Shown here: positions 44,829 to 54,802 of the stretch, piece after piece
Position numbering within the stretch: the stretch's first letter is position 1
How the letters are laid out: every line of letters begins with the position of its first letter
DNA from: an uncultured Pseudomonadota bacterium
GTDB taxonomy: Bacteria; Pseudomonadota; Gammaproteobacteria; Burkholderiales; SG8-39
NCBI GenBank assembly: GCA_903921325.1
Contig: CAIXPL010000028.1
Span: forward strand, 9,829 to 73,828
Reading direction: 5' to 3'
DNA: 64,000 nt
Program-made: the position numbers and the translations under genes
The notes under the pieces: generated by a model
The model's database searches: none
What the model was told of the DNA's origin: nothing
What the model saw: the letters and a program-made list of their open reading frames with translations, nothing else

Positions 44829-46469
44829 TCACCGGGATGTCGACGGCAAAGACAGTCCCAAGCGCTCTATCGCGATTTCACGCATGCGGAACTTCTGCAC
44901 CTTGCCGGTCACCGTCATCGGGAATTCGCTGGTCAGATGCACATAGCGGGGAATCTTGTAGTGCGCGATCCGACCGCTGCAATACTGACGAATGTCCTGG
45001 GCATCAAGTACACCGGCACCCGGGCGCACCTTGATCCAGGCCATCAACTCTTCACCGTAGAGCGCATCGGGCACACCAATCACCTGCACGTCCTCGATAT
45101 CCGGATGTCCATAGAGGAATTCTTCGATCTCCCTTGGATAGACATTTTCGCCACCGCGAATAATCATGTCCTTGATTCGTCCGACGATGTTCACATAGCC
45201 ATCACCATCTATTGTTGCAAGATCACCCGTGTGCATCCAGCCTTCGGCATCGACTGCCTGGGTGGTCTTGTCCGGCTCGTTCCAGTACCCGAGCATGACC
45301 GAGTAGCCGCGGGTACATAGCTCGCCGGGTTCATCCGATCCGAGTGTCTCACCACTCGCCGGGTCAATCACCTTGACCTGCACATGCGGATGCACCCTGC
45401 CTACACTACCCACGCGTTTGTCCAGCGGATCGTCTGGCGCGGTCTGCGTTGACACCGGCGAGGTCTCGGTCATTCCGTAGCCAATGGTCATCCCGCCGCA
45501 ATGCATGCGTTCGATCACCTGCTTCATCACTTCGACCGGACAGGGCGATCCGGCCATCATGCCGGTGCGCAGAGAACTCAGGTCGTAACTGGAAAAATCA
45601 GCCAAACCCAGCATGGTGATAAACATGGTGGGTACACCCAATACTGAGGTGCAGCGCTCAGCGGCAATCGCCTGGATCGTTGCCTGCGGCTCAAATGCCG
45701 GTGCTGGCAACACGATCGCGGCCCCATGGGTTGTGCAAGCCAGATTACCGATCACCATGCCAAAGCAATGATAAAACGGCACCGGAATGCATACCCGGTC
45801 GCGCTCGCTGTAGCGAAAACCTTCACCACAGAAAAAGCCATTATTCAGAATGTTGTGATGACTGAGCGTCGCACCCTTGGGAAATCCCGTCGTTCCGCTG
45901 GTGTACTGGATATTGATCGGATCGTTAAAGTGAAGACTTGCCGCACGCGCTTGCAACTGCGCCGTACTCATGTGCTCTGCGCCACTGAGAAACTGATCCC
46001 AGCCCACGGTGCCCAGATGAACAACCGTCTCAAGAGCAGTCAGATCAGCACGCACTTGAGCAACCATCGCCTGATAGTTGCTTGACTTGAATGCGCTCGC
46101 TGCAATCAATACGCGGCAGCCCGACTGGGCGAGTGCATAGCGCAATTCTTCAGTCCGATAAGCCGGATTGATATTGACCAGAATGATGCCGATATGCGCA
46201 CTGGCATATTGCACCGTGACCCACTCGGCGCAGTTAGGGCTCCACATGCCCACCCGGTCACCCTTCTCAAGGCCGAGCGCAAGAAGCGCGCGAGCGACCC
46301 GACGCACCTCATGATCCAGTTGGCGATAGGTCCAGCGTATGGCCTGAAAAGGCACCACCAAGGCATCGCGATCGGGATATCGCGCGACCGTCCGGTCCAG
46401 GTTTTGACCGATGGTTTCTTGAAGAAGCGGTGTCACGTTGCTGCCGCTCAGAATGGCCAGCGCGCCCAT
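44829..46469 (-). CDS. AMP-dependent acyl-CoA synthetase/ligase
   Basis: [20 protein letters not shown] (AMP-binding motif), GYGMTE, TGDLA and GRIKD. Confidence 0.9.
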   Translation of the reverse strand: MGALAILSGSNVTPLLQETIGQNLDRTVARYPDRDALVVPFQAIRWTYRQLDHEVRRVARALLALGLEKGDRVGMWSPNCAEWVTVQYASAHIGIILVNINPAYRTEELRYALAQSGCRVLIAASAFKSSNYQAMVAQVRADLTALETVVHLGTVGWDQFLSGAEHMSTAQLQARAASLHFNDPINIQYTSGTTGFPKGATLSHHNILNNGFFCGEGFRYSERDRVCIPVPFYHCFGMVIGNLACTTHGAAIVLPAPAFEPQATIQAIAAERCTSVLGVPTMFITMLGLADFSSYDLSSLRTGMMAGSPCPVEVMKQVIERMHCGGMTIGYGMTETSPVSTQTAPDDPLDKRVGSVGRVHPHVQVKVIDPASGETLGSDEPGELCTRGYSVMLGYWNEPDKTTQAVDAEGWMHTGDLATIDGDGYVNIVGRIKDMIIRGGENVYPREIEEFLYGHPDIEDVQVIGVPDALYGEELMAWIKVRPGAGVLDAQDIRQYCSGRIAHYKIPRYVHLTSEFPMTVTGKVQKFRMREIAIERLGLSLPSTSR

Positions 46470-46501
46470 AAGGTCAGTCCCCTTGATTGAGAGATTCCGT
46501 C

Positions 46502-47497
46502 CTAGCGCGGCTCCAGATGGGCGGCTGCCGCGATGCGTTTGAAGCGCTCGATTTCACCGATCTGGAAGGTGCGCATCGCGCCCGGTGTCAGTGGCATCAG
46601 CTCGAGATTCATTTTCGCGACATAGGCACGTGCGGCCGGGCGCTTGATGATCTGCTCCATGGCATCAACCAGTCGCTGGGTGATCTCAGGCGGCACATCA
46701 CTGCGCAGGTAAAGCGCGACCCACGAGTAATTGACGAACTCTGGATATCCGCTGTCCTTCACGGTTGGTACGTCCGGAAAGTCTGGATGCGGGCGATCAC
46801 CCAGAACCGCAATGGCACGCAGTTTGCCCGAGGTGATCAAGGGGGCAACGCCCGCCAGATCGACGATGGCGAAATCCAATTGACCACCCATCATGTCCAC
46901 GGTCAGTTGTGGCAAACCCTTATAGGGCACCTGAAGAAAATCCTTGCCAGTCACCGTGGCAAGCCAGTAGGTCGCCAATTCATAGAGCGAGGCATAGACC
47001 CCGGCGTTGAGCCGCCGGCCGCGCGCCGTCTCGATCAGTTCGCTCACCGAGTGAACCGCCGAGGTAATAGGCACCACCATGACGTTGGTGTGCAGCGTCA
47101 GTCCGTAGATGGGTTTGAAATCCAGTAACGGGTCATAGCCCATGTTCTTCAGGATGGCCGGATTGACGGCCATCGGGGAATTGCTGCCCAGGATCAGGGT
47201 GTAACCATCGGCAGGCGCCTGCTTCACGGTCTGCACGGCCAGAATGCCATTGGCTCCGGGCTTATTCTCAACGGTACACGGCTGCCCGATCAATTCAGCC
47301 AGCTGGCCGCAGAAGAAACGGGCTGACAGATCCGAGCCGGTTCCGGCCTGCATTCCGATCACCACCTTTAGCGGACGGCTGGGAAAGCCCGGCGGGGCTG
47401 TCTGGGCAAAGCAATGAGCCGTCCAGGCACCGGTCAGCACCGCGGCAAGGCATGCCAAGCTCACGCGCAAGGCCAGGCCGATAGGTCGTGCTTGCAT
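46502..47497 (-). CDS. Bug/TctC-family substrate-binding protein
   Basis: ORF 46502..47938 trimmed to [32 protein letters not shown] (ATG 47497, GGAGG upstream). Motif [19 protein letters not shown]. Confidence 0.85.
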   Translation of the reverse strand: MQARPIGLALRVSLACLAAVLTGAWTAHCFAQTAPPGFPSRPLKVVIGMQAGTGSDLSARFFCGQLAELIGQPCTVENKPGANGILAVQTVKQAPADGYTLILGSNSPMAVNPAILKNMGYDPLLDFKPIYGLTLHTNVMVVPITSAVHSVSELIETARGRRLNAGVYASLYELATYWLATVTGKDFLQVPYKGLPQLTVDMMGGQLDFAIVDLAGVAPLITSGKLRAIAVLGDRPHPDFPDVPTVKDSGYPEFVNYSWVALYLRSDVPPEITQRLVDAMEQIIKRPAARAYVAKMNLELMPLTPGAMRTFQIGEIERFKRIAAAAHLEPR

Positions 47498-47587
47498 GCT
47501 GCCTCCTGCCACTGGGTGAGTGCACTGCGGCTTCGCATGGCCGCCGGCGCATATCATAATGCCCTGTCCGGTTCCCGTGTATCTGCC

Positions 47588-48913
47588 ATGGTTGCTGCCC
47601 TCACACCGCCCTACCCGCACGCTGTCGATCCTGAAAAGGGCACCGTCAGCCGGGAGATCTTCGTCAGCGACGCTGTGTATCGGGATGAGCTCGAACGGGT
47701 TTTTGGTCGCATGTGGCTGTTCGTCGGGCATGCGAGCCTGATTCCGAATCCGGGTGATTTTTTTGTCTCTCGTATGGGCGAAGAGTCGGTGATTTTGTGC
47801 CGCGACCGTGCCAACGCTATCCATGTGTTCCTGAACACCTGCCGGCACCGCGGCATGAAAGTGTGTCGCTATGACCAGGGCAATACGCCGCTCTTTACCT
47901 GCCCCTACCACGCCTGGAGCTACGGCACCGACGGACAACTGGTCGGCGTGCCACAGAATGACAAACTGTATTCAGGCGTGCTCGACCGTGCGCAATGGTC
48001 GCTGATCGAAGTGGCCCAGATGCGAAACTACAAGGGTTCGATCTGGGCGACCTGGGATCCCGAGGCCCCCTCGTTCATCGAGTATCTGGGGGACGCGAAG
48101 CAGCATCTGGATTTTGCGCTCGATGCCCGCGACGGTCGCGCAGGTGGCTCGGAGGTCATCTGTGGCGTGCAGAAATGGGTCGTGCCCAGCAACTGGAAAT
48201 TTGCGGCGGAAAACTTCCTCGGTGACACCTATCACAACGTCAGTCACCGGTCAGTCGATCTGATCGGAATAGGTCCCAGCGCTCGCAGCGGAGTAAAGGG
48301 ACGCCGCGATCCGTACCAGGAGGGCGGCTACGACATCTGGGTGAATTATCCGGAAGGACACGGACTGCATAGCATCATGCGCGCCCCGGCGAATGACTAC
48401 ATCCCGGCGTTTCGCGACAACCCGGCCATCGAGAGCTATTACGAAGCCTGCCACACGGCGCGCAAAGCGCGCCTGGGCGAAGCGGCTCGTCTGGTGGCGC
48501 TCACCGGCACGGTGTTTCCAAATACCTCCTACCATGGCAATCAACCACGGTCGCTATTCGTCTGGCACCCGAATGGCGCGATGAGCACCGAGGTGTGGCG
48601 ATTCTTTCTGGTCGATGCTGACGCCCCCGCCGAGGTTAAGGTCTTTTTGCGCTCCTATTACATGCGCTATTCAGGTCCGGCCGGCATGACCGAGCAGGAC
48701 GACATGGAGAACTGGAACTACGCTACCGCTGCAAGCGCCGGAACCATCGCGCGCCGCTACCCCTACAACTATCAGCAGTCGATGAACGCCATTCAGCACA
48801 ATGATCCGGTGCCAGGCCGCGTCAGCCTGCAGATTACCGAAGAGAACGCGCGTAACTTCTACCGCCGCTGGCAGGACTGCATGAACGCAACATCCTGGTC
48901 AGTGTTACGCTAG
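47588..48913 (+). CDS. Rieske ring-hydroxylating oxygenase alpha subunit (no adjacent beta or reductase gene)
   Basis: ORF 47414..48913 trimmed to MVAALTPPYP (ATG 47588). Rieske motif CRHRGMKVC..x..CPYHAWSY and iron motif GDTYHNVSH. Confidence 0.85.
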   Translation: MVAALTPPYPHAVDPEKGTVSREIFVSDAVYRDELERVFGRMWLFVGHASLIPNPGDFFVSRMGEESVILCRDRANAIHVFLNTCRHRGMKVCRYDQGNTPLFTCPYHAWSYGTDGQLVGVPQNDKLYSGVLDRAQWSLIEVAQMRNYKGSIWATWDPEAPSFIEYLGDAKQHLDFALDARDGRAGGSEVICGVQKWVVPSNWKFAAENFLGDTYHNVSHRSVDLIGIGPSARSGVKGRRDPYQEGGYDIWVNYPEGHGLHSIMRAPANDYIPAFRDNPAIESYYEACHTARKARLGEAARLVALTGTVFPNTSYHGNQPRSLFVWHPNGAMSTEVWRFFLVDADAPAEVKVFLRSYYMRYSGPAGMTEQDDMENWNYATAASAGTIARRYPYNYQQSMNAIQHNDPVPGRVSLQITEENARNFYRRWQDCMNATSWSVLR

Positions 48914-49091
48914 TCCGCTGAGTGGGGCCTGACGAATAACCCATTGAGCACCGCCCGGCCGAATGATGCCCGGGCGCCCCCGTCTGGCGCACGCCGACGG
49001 AGTTTTTCGGGTGGTGCACCTGACCCAACCTTCCGCAGCACGCATGCCTTCATCGTCTTCTTCAGATCAATCGCCGGACATAGGAGCAGTC

Positions 49092-49898
49092 ATGATTACG
49101 CGCAAGTTCGTCACCGCCCTGAAGACGTTCATAGGGCTTCTCATCGGCTCTTGCATCGGCACCCCGCTCTACGCGCAGACCCATTCGCACCTCAATACGA
49201 TTCTGGAACGGGGTAGCTTGCGCGTAGGCACCACCGGTGACTTCAATCCAATGTCGGTGCGCGACACCAGCACCAACCAATACAAGGGCTTTGACATCGA
49301 GGCGATGGAAGAGCTGGCAAAAGACATGGGAGTGAAGCTTGAGTGGGTGCCCACCGAATGGGCCACCCTGATCCCGGGCCTGACTGCTGATCGCTACGAC
49401 CTGTTTGCCGGCGGTGCATCGCTCAACGTCGCACGCGCCAAAGTCGTCGCCTTCACCGACCCGTATATCGAAGCCGGTACCGTCCCGCTGATTCTCAAGT
49501 CGAATGCCGGTCGCTTCAAGGGATGGGCCGATATCAATAAGAAAGGTGTGATCGTCGCGGTGTTGTTGGGCACGGTGTTCGAGGAACAGGCGCGCAATCA
49601 TTTTTCGCAGGCTACCGTCAAGGCGATCGAGAAACCGGCCAATGGCTTTCAGGAAGTTCTGGCCAACCGCGCCCAGGTGACGATCACCAGCAATATCGAA
49701 GCGGCCAGTCTGGTGCAAACCTACCCCGCCCTCGCAGTGGTCGGTGGTGGCACCGATATGCGCAACAAGCGCCCATTCGCCTACCCGGTGCAGCAAGGCG
49801 ATCCCACCTGGCTGACCTTCCTCAATAACTGGATCGCCTTGAAGAAATCTGATGGACTGTTCCAGCGACTGGAGCAGAAATGGTTGGCACAGAAGTAG
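49092..49898 (+). CDS. Polar amino-acid ABC transporter substrate-binding protein
   Basis: ORF trimmed to MITRKFVTALKTFIGLLIGSCIGTPLYAQ (AGGAG upstream). Motifs are LRVGTTGDFNPM, GFDIEAMEELAK and DLFAGGASL. Confidence 0.85.
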   Translation: MITRKFVTALKTFIGLLIGSCIGTPLYAQTHSHLNTILERGSLRVGTTGDFNPMSVRDTSTNQYKGFDIEAMEELAKDMGVKLEWVPTEWATLIPGLTADRYDLFAGGASLNVARAKVVAFTDPYIEAGTVPLILKSNAGRFKGWADINKKGVIVAVLLGTVFEEQARNHFSQATVKAIEKPANGFQEVLANRAQVTITSNIEAASLVQTYPALAVVGGGTDMRNKRPFAYPVQQGDPTWLTFLNNWIALKKSDGLFQRLEQKWLAQK

Positions 49899-50007
49899 CG
49901 TCTTACAGTCGCCGGTACGCTTTGCCGATCCGATGACTGCCCGGCGGAAAATGCCGGGCAGGTCGCGGCGACTGGATGGGCGGTGTTGCCGCGTCGGTTG
50001 GCTCGCA

Positions 50008-50763
50008 ATGAACTCGCGGATAGTCCCCGCCGCAGCAAGCCTTGCCGCGTTGACTCTATTGAATGGATGCACGGCCGGATCGAATTACCAGTGGGGCTGG
50101 TATGTGATCGATCCGACTCGACCAAGTGGTGCCGCGCACGTGCAGTTTCTACTGGCGGGTCTCGGCCTGACGCTGGGCCTGTCTGCCTGTGCGATTGCCC
50201 TGTCAGTGCTGCTGGGCATTGTGCTCGCCCTGTGCGGTCTCAGCCGCTCACGCCCGCTGCGCGTCCTCGGTCGCACCTATATCGAGTGTTTTCGCGCAGT
50301 CCCGCTGCTCGTCCTGCTTCTATGGGTTTACTACGGCCTGCCGGTCATTACCGGACTGCAATTCGACAGTTTTACCGCTGGCGTCTTGACCCTCGCTCTG
50401 TCCGATGCCGCATTTGAAGCCGAGGTGTTTCGCGCGGGGCTGCAGTCAGTGCCTCGCGGTCAACGCGAAGCGGCGATGACCCTGGGACTGTCTCGTGCCG
50501 ACACTTTCCGCTACGTCGTTCTGCCGCAGGCGATTCGCAACATTCTGCCCGCCCTCGGCAATCAGTTTGTCTACGTGCTCAAAATGTCCTCATTGGTGTC
50601 GGTGATCGGCCTGCAGGAGCTCACTCGTCGGGCCAACGAGCTCAATGTGACCGAGTACCGGCCACTCGAGGTGTACAGTTTTCTGATCGTTGAATATCTG
50701 CTGTTGATACTGCTCGCCTCGTGGGCGGTACGCCGCCTCGAACGCACACTGCAGACCGGATGA
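50008..50763 (+). CDS. Polar amino-acid ABC transporter permease (His/Glu/Gln/Arg/opine family)
   Basis: YIECFRAVPLLVLLLWVYYG, and the EAA-loop region FEAEVFRAGLQSVPRGQREAAMTLGL. The start is uncertain. Confidence 0.8.
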   Translation: MNSRIVPAAASLAALTLLNGCTAGSNYQWGWYVIDPTRPSGAAHVQFLLAGLGLTLGLSACAIALSVLLGIVLALCGLSRSRPLRVLGRTYIECFRAVPLLVLLLWVYYGLPVITGLQFDSFTAGVLTLALSDAAFEAEVFRAGLQSVPRGQREAAMTLGLSRADTFRYVVLPQAIRNILPALGNQFVYVLKMSSLVSVIGLQELTRRANELNVTEYRPLEVYSFLIVEYLLLILLASWAVRRLERTLQTG

Positions 50764-50814
50764 ACGCGGCCACTTGGCGCAAGCACGACACGATTGCGAC
50801 TATCATCGGTCACC

Positions 50815-51585
50815 ATGCAGCTCACGCACGCCACCTGGAAGGACATCGAGATTTACCTGACGCGCTCAAGCGGCGTGGTGATCCCGATCGGTTCGACCGA
50901 ACAGCACGGACCCATCGGCATGATAGGGACCGATGCGTTCACCGCCGAAGCGGTCGCGCACGGCATCGGTGAGCAGGCAGATGCCCTGGTGGGACCAACA
51001 CTGAGTCTCGGGGCGGCGCAGTTCAATCTGGCCTTCCCCGGAACGGTATCGGTGCGTGCCAGCACGCTCATGGCGGTGATTGAAGACTATGTCCTGTCGC
51101 TCGCACGGCAGGGCTTTGCCCGGTTTTATTTTGTCAACGGACACGGTGGCAACATCGCCCCGGTCCGCGCCGCTTTTCAGGACATCTACGCACGCTGGAG
51201 TCTGGGCGAGCGCAGTGGCGCGGCGCCGCGTTGTCGACTGCGCAGTTGGTGGGACTACCCGGCTGCAGACCGGTTGCGCCGCGAGCTGTACGGCGCCGCC
51301 GAGGGCATGCATGCCACCCCGAGTGAAATCGCCGTGGTCGCGCATCTTCATCCGGACACGCACCGAACAACCGATCTGCCTGCACCCGCCACGCTATCGG
51401 CTTCGTTTCTGCGTGATCACGGCGGCGATGCGCACTGGGACGCCATTACTCATAGAGCGGCCTTTCCCGATGGCCGGGTGGGATCGGATTCAAGCCTCGC
51501 TCGTGCCGAGCACGGGCGCTCGCTGCTCGATGCAGCGATCAGAGAAGCCTGCGCTGACTATGCAGCGTTTCTGGTCGAGCAGTGA
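50815..51585 (+). CDS. Creatininase-family amidohydrolase
   Basis: ORF trimmed to MQLTHATWKD. Motifs are VVIPIGSTEQHGP and YFVNGHGGN. Confidence 0.8.
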   Translation: MQLTHATWKDIEIYLTRSSGVVIPIGSTEQHGPIGMIGTDAFTAEAVAHGIGEQADALVGPTLSLGAAQFNLAFPGTVSVRASTLMAVIEDYVLSLARQGFARFYFVNGHGGNIAPVRAAFQDIYARWSLGERSGAAPRCRLRSWWDYPAADRLRRELYGAAEGMHATPSEIAVVAHLHPDTHRTTDLPAPATLSASFLRDHGGDAHWDAITHRAAFPDGRVGSDSSLARAEHGRSLLDAAIREACADYAAFLVEQ

Positions 51586-51640
51586 CGCTCAGGCAAGTGC
51601 AGCCGCGCAATCCAAGCGCAAGAACTTCAAGGAGCCGGCA

Positions 51641-52228
51641 ATGAGTGCATGGATACGCATGATTCCAGAGGCCGAAGCCAATGGCGTTCTGCGAGAAGTG
51701 TATGACAAGGTGACCACGCCTCACGGCACGGTGGACAATGTGATGAAAGCGCATAGCCTGCGTCCTCACACGATGGAAGGCCACGTGGTGCTCTATCGCA
51801 GTGTGCTGCACAACCCGGAGAACACGCTGCCCTTGTGGTTTCTGGAGGTTATCGCCAGCTATGTCAGCATCACCAACCAGTGCGCCTATAGCCTGACTCA
51901 TCATTGGGCCAATGCACGTCGTCTGATCGCCGACCCGCCGCGCGCGCGACTGATTCGCGCGGCGCTAGATGCGGCCGCACCGCATCAGGCCTTTGCGGGC
52001 AAAGAACTGGCACTGCTCGGTTACGCCCGAAAGCTCACCACCGACCCCGGCCAGATGGTGCGCACCGACATCGAATCATTGCGTTCTGCCGGATGCGACG
52101 ATGGCGAGATTCTGGAAGTCAATCAGGTGTGCGCCTACTTCAACTATTCCAACCGATTGTTGAACGGCCTTGGGGTGACCACCGAAGGCGATGTGATCGG
52201 TTACTACACGGAGGACGAGGAAGAATGA
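51641..52228 (+). CDS. Carboxymuconolactone-decarboxylase (AhpD-like) family, peroxidase-related protein
   Basis: ORF 51080..52228 trimmed to MSAWIRMIPEAEANG (AAGGAG 6 nt upstream). Motifs are SITNQCAYSLTHH and ILEVNQVCAYFNYSNRLLNGLGV. Confidence 0.75.
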   Translation: MSAWIRMIPEAEANGVLREVYDKVTTPHGTVDNVMKAHSLRPHTMEGHVVLYRSVLHNPENTLPLWFLEVIASYVSITNQCAYSLTHHWANARRLIADPPRARLIRAALDAAAPHQAFAGKELALLGYARKLTTDPGQMVRTDIESLRSAGCDDGEILEVNQVCAYFNYSNRLLNGLGVTTEGDVIGYYTEDEEE

Positions 52229-52310
52229 ATCGGTCGCGACCACTGGGTACTGCACGAAGGGCATCAATGAATTTGCCGACGTCAGGCAATGGCCTTCCGG
52301 ATGCGCGCCG

Positions 52311-53315
52311 ATGAATGACACGCTGGCGCGCTGGATTGACGCGGGCGAGTTGCCGGTGATTGATATGGCTCCATTGACTCGCGACGCACCGGGCGATGAG
52401 GGAGCCGCACTGGCCGCGCGGGTACAGGTCGGGCAGGAGATGCGCGAGGCAGCCGAGGCGGTTGGCTTTTTCTATGTGCGCAATCACGCCATCCCGCGCG
52501 AACTCATCGCCCGCACGGACGCGCTGGCTCGCGCATTTTTTGCGCTACCGCTCGAGCAAAAGCTCGCCTGTCGTCCGGTTGATCTGCATCGCGGCTTTCT
52601 CCAGGTCGGACAGGCGAAGATGCACGCGCGGGCACGGGTTGATCTGAAAGAAAGTTTTGTCTGGGGGCGCGATGTGGGAGCCGACGATGCTGACTACCGC
52701 GCCGGCAACCGAATGATTGGGCCAAATCGATGGCCGCAATCGATGCCTGAGCTCAGAACAACGCTCAACGCCTATCTGGATGCGGCACACCAATGCGCCC
52801 GCCGGCTGCTAGGGGCCATGGCGATCAGCCTTGAGCAACCGGCCGACTACTTCGTGCGTCAATTCGCCAAACCGGTGTCACGTGGCACCCTGGTGTATTA
52901 CCCACCGCAGCCTGCCGATGCGAGCGAAGATCAGTTTGGCGTCGCCGCACACACCGACTATGGCGTGATCACTTTGCTGCATCAGGATGACGTCGGTGGT
53001 CTGGAAGTGCTGACACGGGATGGTCGGTGGGTCAGTGCCCCACCGATTCCCGACACACTGGTGATCAACTCGGGTGACCTGCTGGGACGCTGGACCAATG
53101 ATCGCTTCAAGTCCAATCCGCATCGGGTCGTTAATCGATCCGGGCGCGAGCGACTATCGATCGCCGTGTTTGCCGACCCCGACTACGACACGCCGATCGT
53201 GCCGGTGACGGTCGCAGACGAGGCGGCACGTTATCCGGTAGTCAGTTGCGGCGACTACATCCTCAGCCGCTTTGATGCGGCGTTTGCGTACCGCCAGGGT
53301 ACGCAGACCGCCTGA
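52311..53315 (+). CDS. 2OG-Fe(II) oxygenase, isopenicillin-N-synthase-like
   Basis: GFFYVRNHAIP, AAHTDYGVITLLHQDDVGGLEV (HxD) and NSGDLLGRWTNDRFKSNPHRV. Confidence 0.85.
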   Translation: MNDTLARWIDAGELPVIDMAPLTRDAPGDEGAALAARVQVGQEMREAAEAVGFFYVRNHAIPRELIARTDALARAFFALPLEQKLACRPVDLHRGFLQVGQAKMHARARVDLKESFVWGRDVGADDADYRAGNRMIGPNRWPQSMPELRTTLNAYLDAAHQCARRLLGAMAISLEQPADYFVRQFAKPVSRGTLVYYPPQPADASEDQFGVAAHTDYGVITLLHQDDVGGLEVLTRDGRWVSAPPIPDTLVINSGDLLGRWTNDRFKSNPHRVVNRSGRERLSIAVFADPDYDTPIVPVTVADEAARYPVVSCGDYILSRFDAAFAYRQGTQTA

Positions 53316-54798
53316 ACACACGCCGCTCAACGACCCAGAATCCGTAGTGAATCGCTAGCGCGAGCAGTGCCGCCGGGATGGCACCTGAGAGCAGCGTGGC
53401 GTTGTCGTTGAGCGCAAGTCCGGCCGCGATGCGTTCACCAAAACCACCCGCGCCAACAAATGCTGCAATCGTCGCGGTGCCCACGCTGAGCACGGCGGAC
53501 ACCTTGACGCCGCCTACGATCAACGGCAACGCGAGGGGTAGCTCCAGGTAGCCAATTCGCTGCCCAGCGGACAGACCCAACGCGGTCGCGGTCTCGCTCA
53601 GGGGTGCCGGAACCTGTGCCAAACCGCGATAGGTGTTTTCCATAATCGGCAACAGCGCATACAAGGTGAGTGCGACTATGGCGGGCAGATAACCGATCAC
53701 ACCGAAGATCGAAATCAGGAAGGCAAAAAGGGCGAGCGACGGAATGGTCTGGATCGCGTGAGTGAGCCCGAGCAATGCATGGCCCAACCGAGGTCGATAG
53801 AAGCACACGATCCCTAGTGGAATTCCAATCAGCATTGAAAGTGCGAGCGCAACACCGACCAGTGACAGATGCTGCGCACCAAGGCGGGCAAAATCGTCCG
53901 CGAACAGCCGATCCAGGAATCCCGCGCGGGCAATGCGCACGGTCTCATGCCGCAGATACTGTTGCGCGACCTGGGCAAACGGCTGCTGGTCGATTTCGGC
54001 CTGCGCATTGAGCGTTCTCATTTGGGCATCGCTCAGCTTGCCCTCCAGCGATTGCAAGGCGCGCCAGGCCACCGGAAAGCGATCGGGTAAATCGGCCCGA
54101 TAGAGCAACATGCCCTGATAGGCCGGAAAGAAGTGTCGATCATCCTCGAGCACCAACAGGTGATAGCGCGCGAGCTTGGCGTCGGTGCCATAGGCATCGA
54201 GCAGATCGATCTGTCCTTGCTGCATCGCTTCGTAGGCAAGGCCATGATCGAGGCCACGCGGCGTCCAATCAGATAAACCGTAAGTGCGCGCCAACCCGGG
54301 CCAGCCATCATTGCGTGCGAGAAACTCGTGCGAAAGGCCAGCTACCAGATCACCATGCTGCGCCAGATCGGACAGTCGGGTGATCGACAATGATTTAGCC
54401 CGCGCCGCTGGCATTGCGATCACATAGGCATTGTTAAAGCCCAGTGCGACGCCAGCCCTTAATCCAAGTGCACCCAACTGCAGATTGATATCGGAGAGGG
54501 ACAGATCCGCGTCGGCCTTCAGGATCTCGCGGCTGATGGTGCCACTGTATTCCGGATAAAGATCAATTTCCCCAGCACGCAGGGCGGCATACAGCACCCC
54601 AGTGTTGCCCAGGCCCGGCTTGAGGGTGACCGGCTGACCGGTGTTTGCGACAACCAGTCGCAGCATTTCGCCAAGCAAGTAGGATTCGGTAAAGCGCTTG
54701 GAGCCGATGGCCAGAGGCTCCTCGGCACGCAGCGCTCCTGCCAGCGAGAACGTTGCAAGCAACCCGACAAGAAGCCAGGCGGGCAGGCGCCCGGACAT
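53263..54798 (-). CDS. Fused osmoprotectant (glycine-betaine/choline-type) ABC substrate-binding + permease protein
   Basis: ORF trimmed to MSGRLPAWLLVGLLATFSLAGALRA. The N-terminal SBP domain has IGSKRFTESYLLGEM (OsmF/YehZ-like). The C-terminal half is a 5-6 TM permease domain. No ATPase gene is adjacent. The 3' end overlaps the convergent 2OG oxygenase gene by 53 nt. Confidence 0.8.
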   Translation of the reverse strand: MSGRLPAWLLVGLLATFSLAGALRAEEPLAIGSKRFTESYLLGEMLRLVVANTGQPVTLKPGLGNTGVLYAALRAGEIDLYPEYSGTISREILKADADLSLSDINLQLGALGLRAGVALGFNNAYVIAMPAARAKSLSITRLSDLAQHGDLVAGLSHEFLARNDGWPGLARTYGLSDWTPRGLDHGLAYEAMQQGQIDLLDAYGTDAKLARYHLLVLEDDRHFFPAYQGMLLYRADLPDRFPVAWRALQSLEGKLSDAQMRTLNAQAEIDQQPFAQVAQQYLRHETVRIARAGFLDRLFADDFARLGAQHLSLVGVALALSMLIGIPLGIVCFYRPRLGHALLGLTHAIQTIPSLALFAFLISIFGVIGYLPAIVALTLYALLPIMENTYRGLAQVPAPLSETATALGLSAGQRIGYLELPLALPLIVGGVKVSAVLSVGTATIAAFVGAGGFGERIAAGLALNDNATLLSGAIPAALLALAIHYGFWVVERRVFRRSAYPGGTQTPHQSG

Positions 54799-54802
54799 GA
54801 CT

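Noticed and set aside
46502-47938. Long N-terminal extensions of several track ORFs (46502..47938, 51080..52228, 14343..15461, 33079..34191, 32622..33230, 47414..48913)
   Set aside because: The extensions overlap neighbouring genes or divergent promoters, have nonsense composition, and internal ATGs with good SD sites give canonical N-termini (signal peptides, J-domain start). The shorter coordinates were used.
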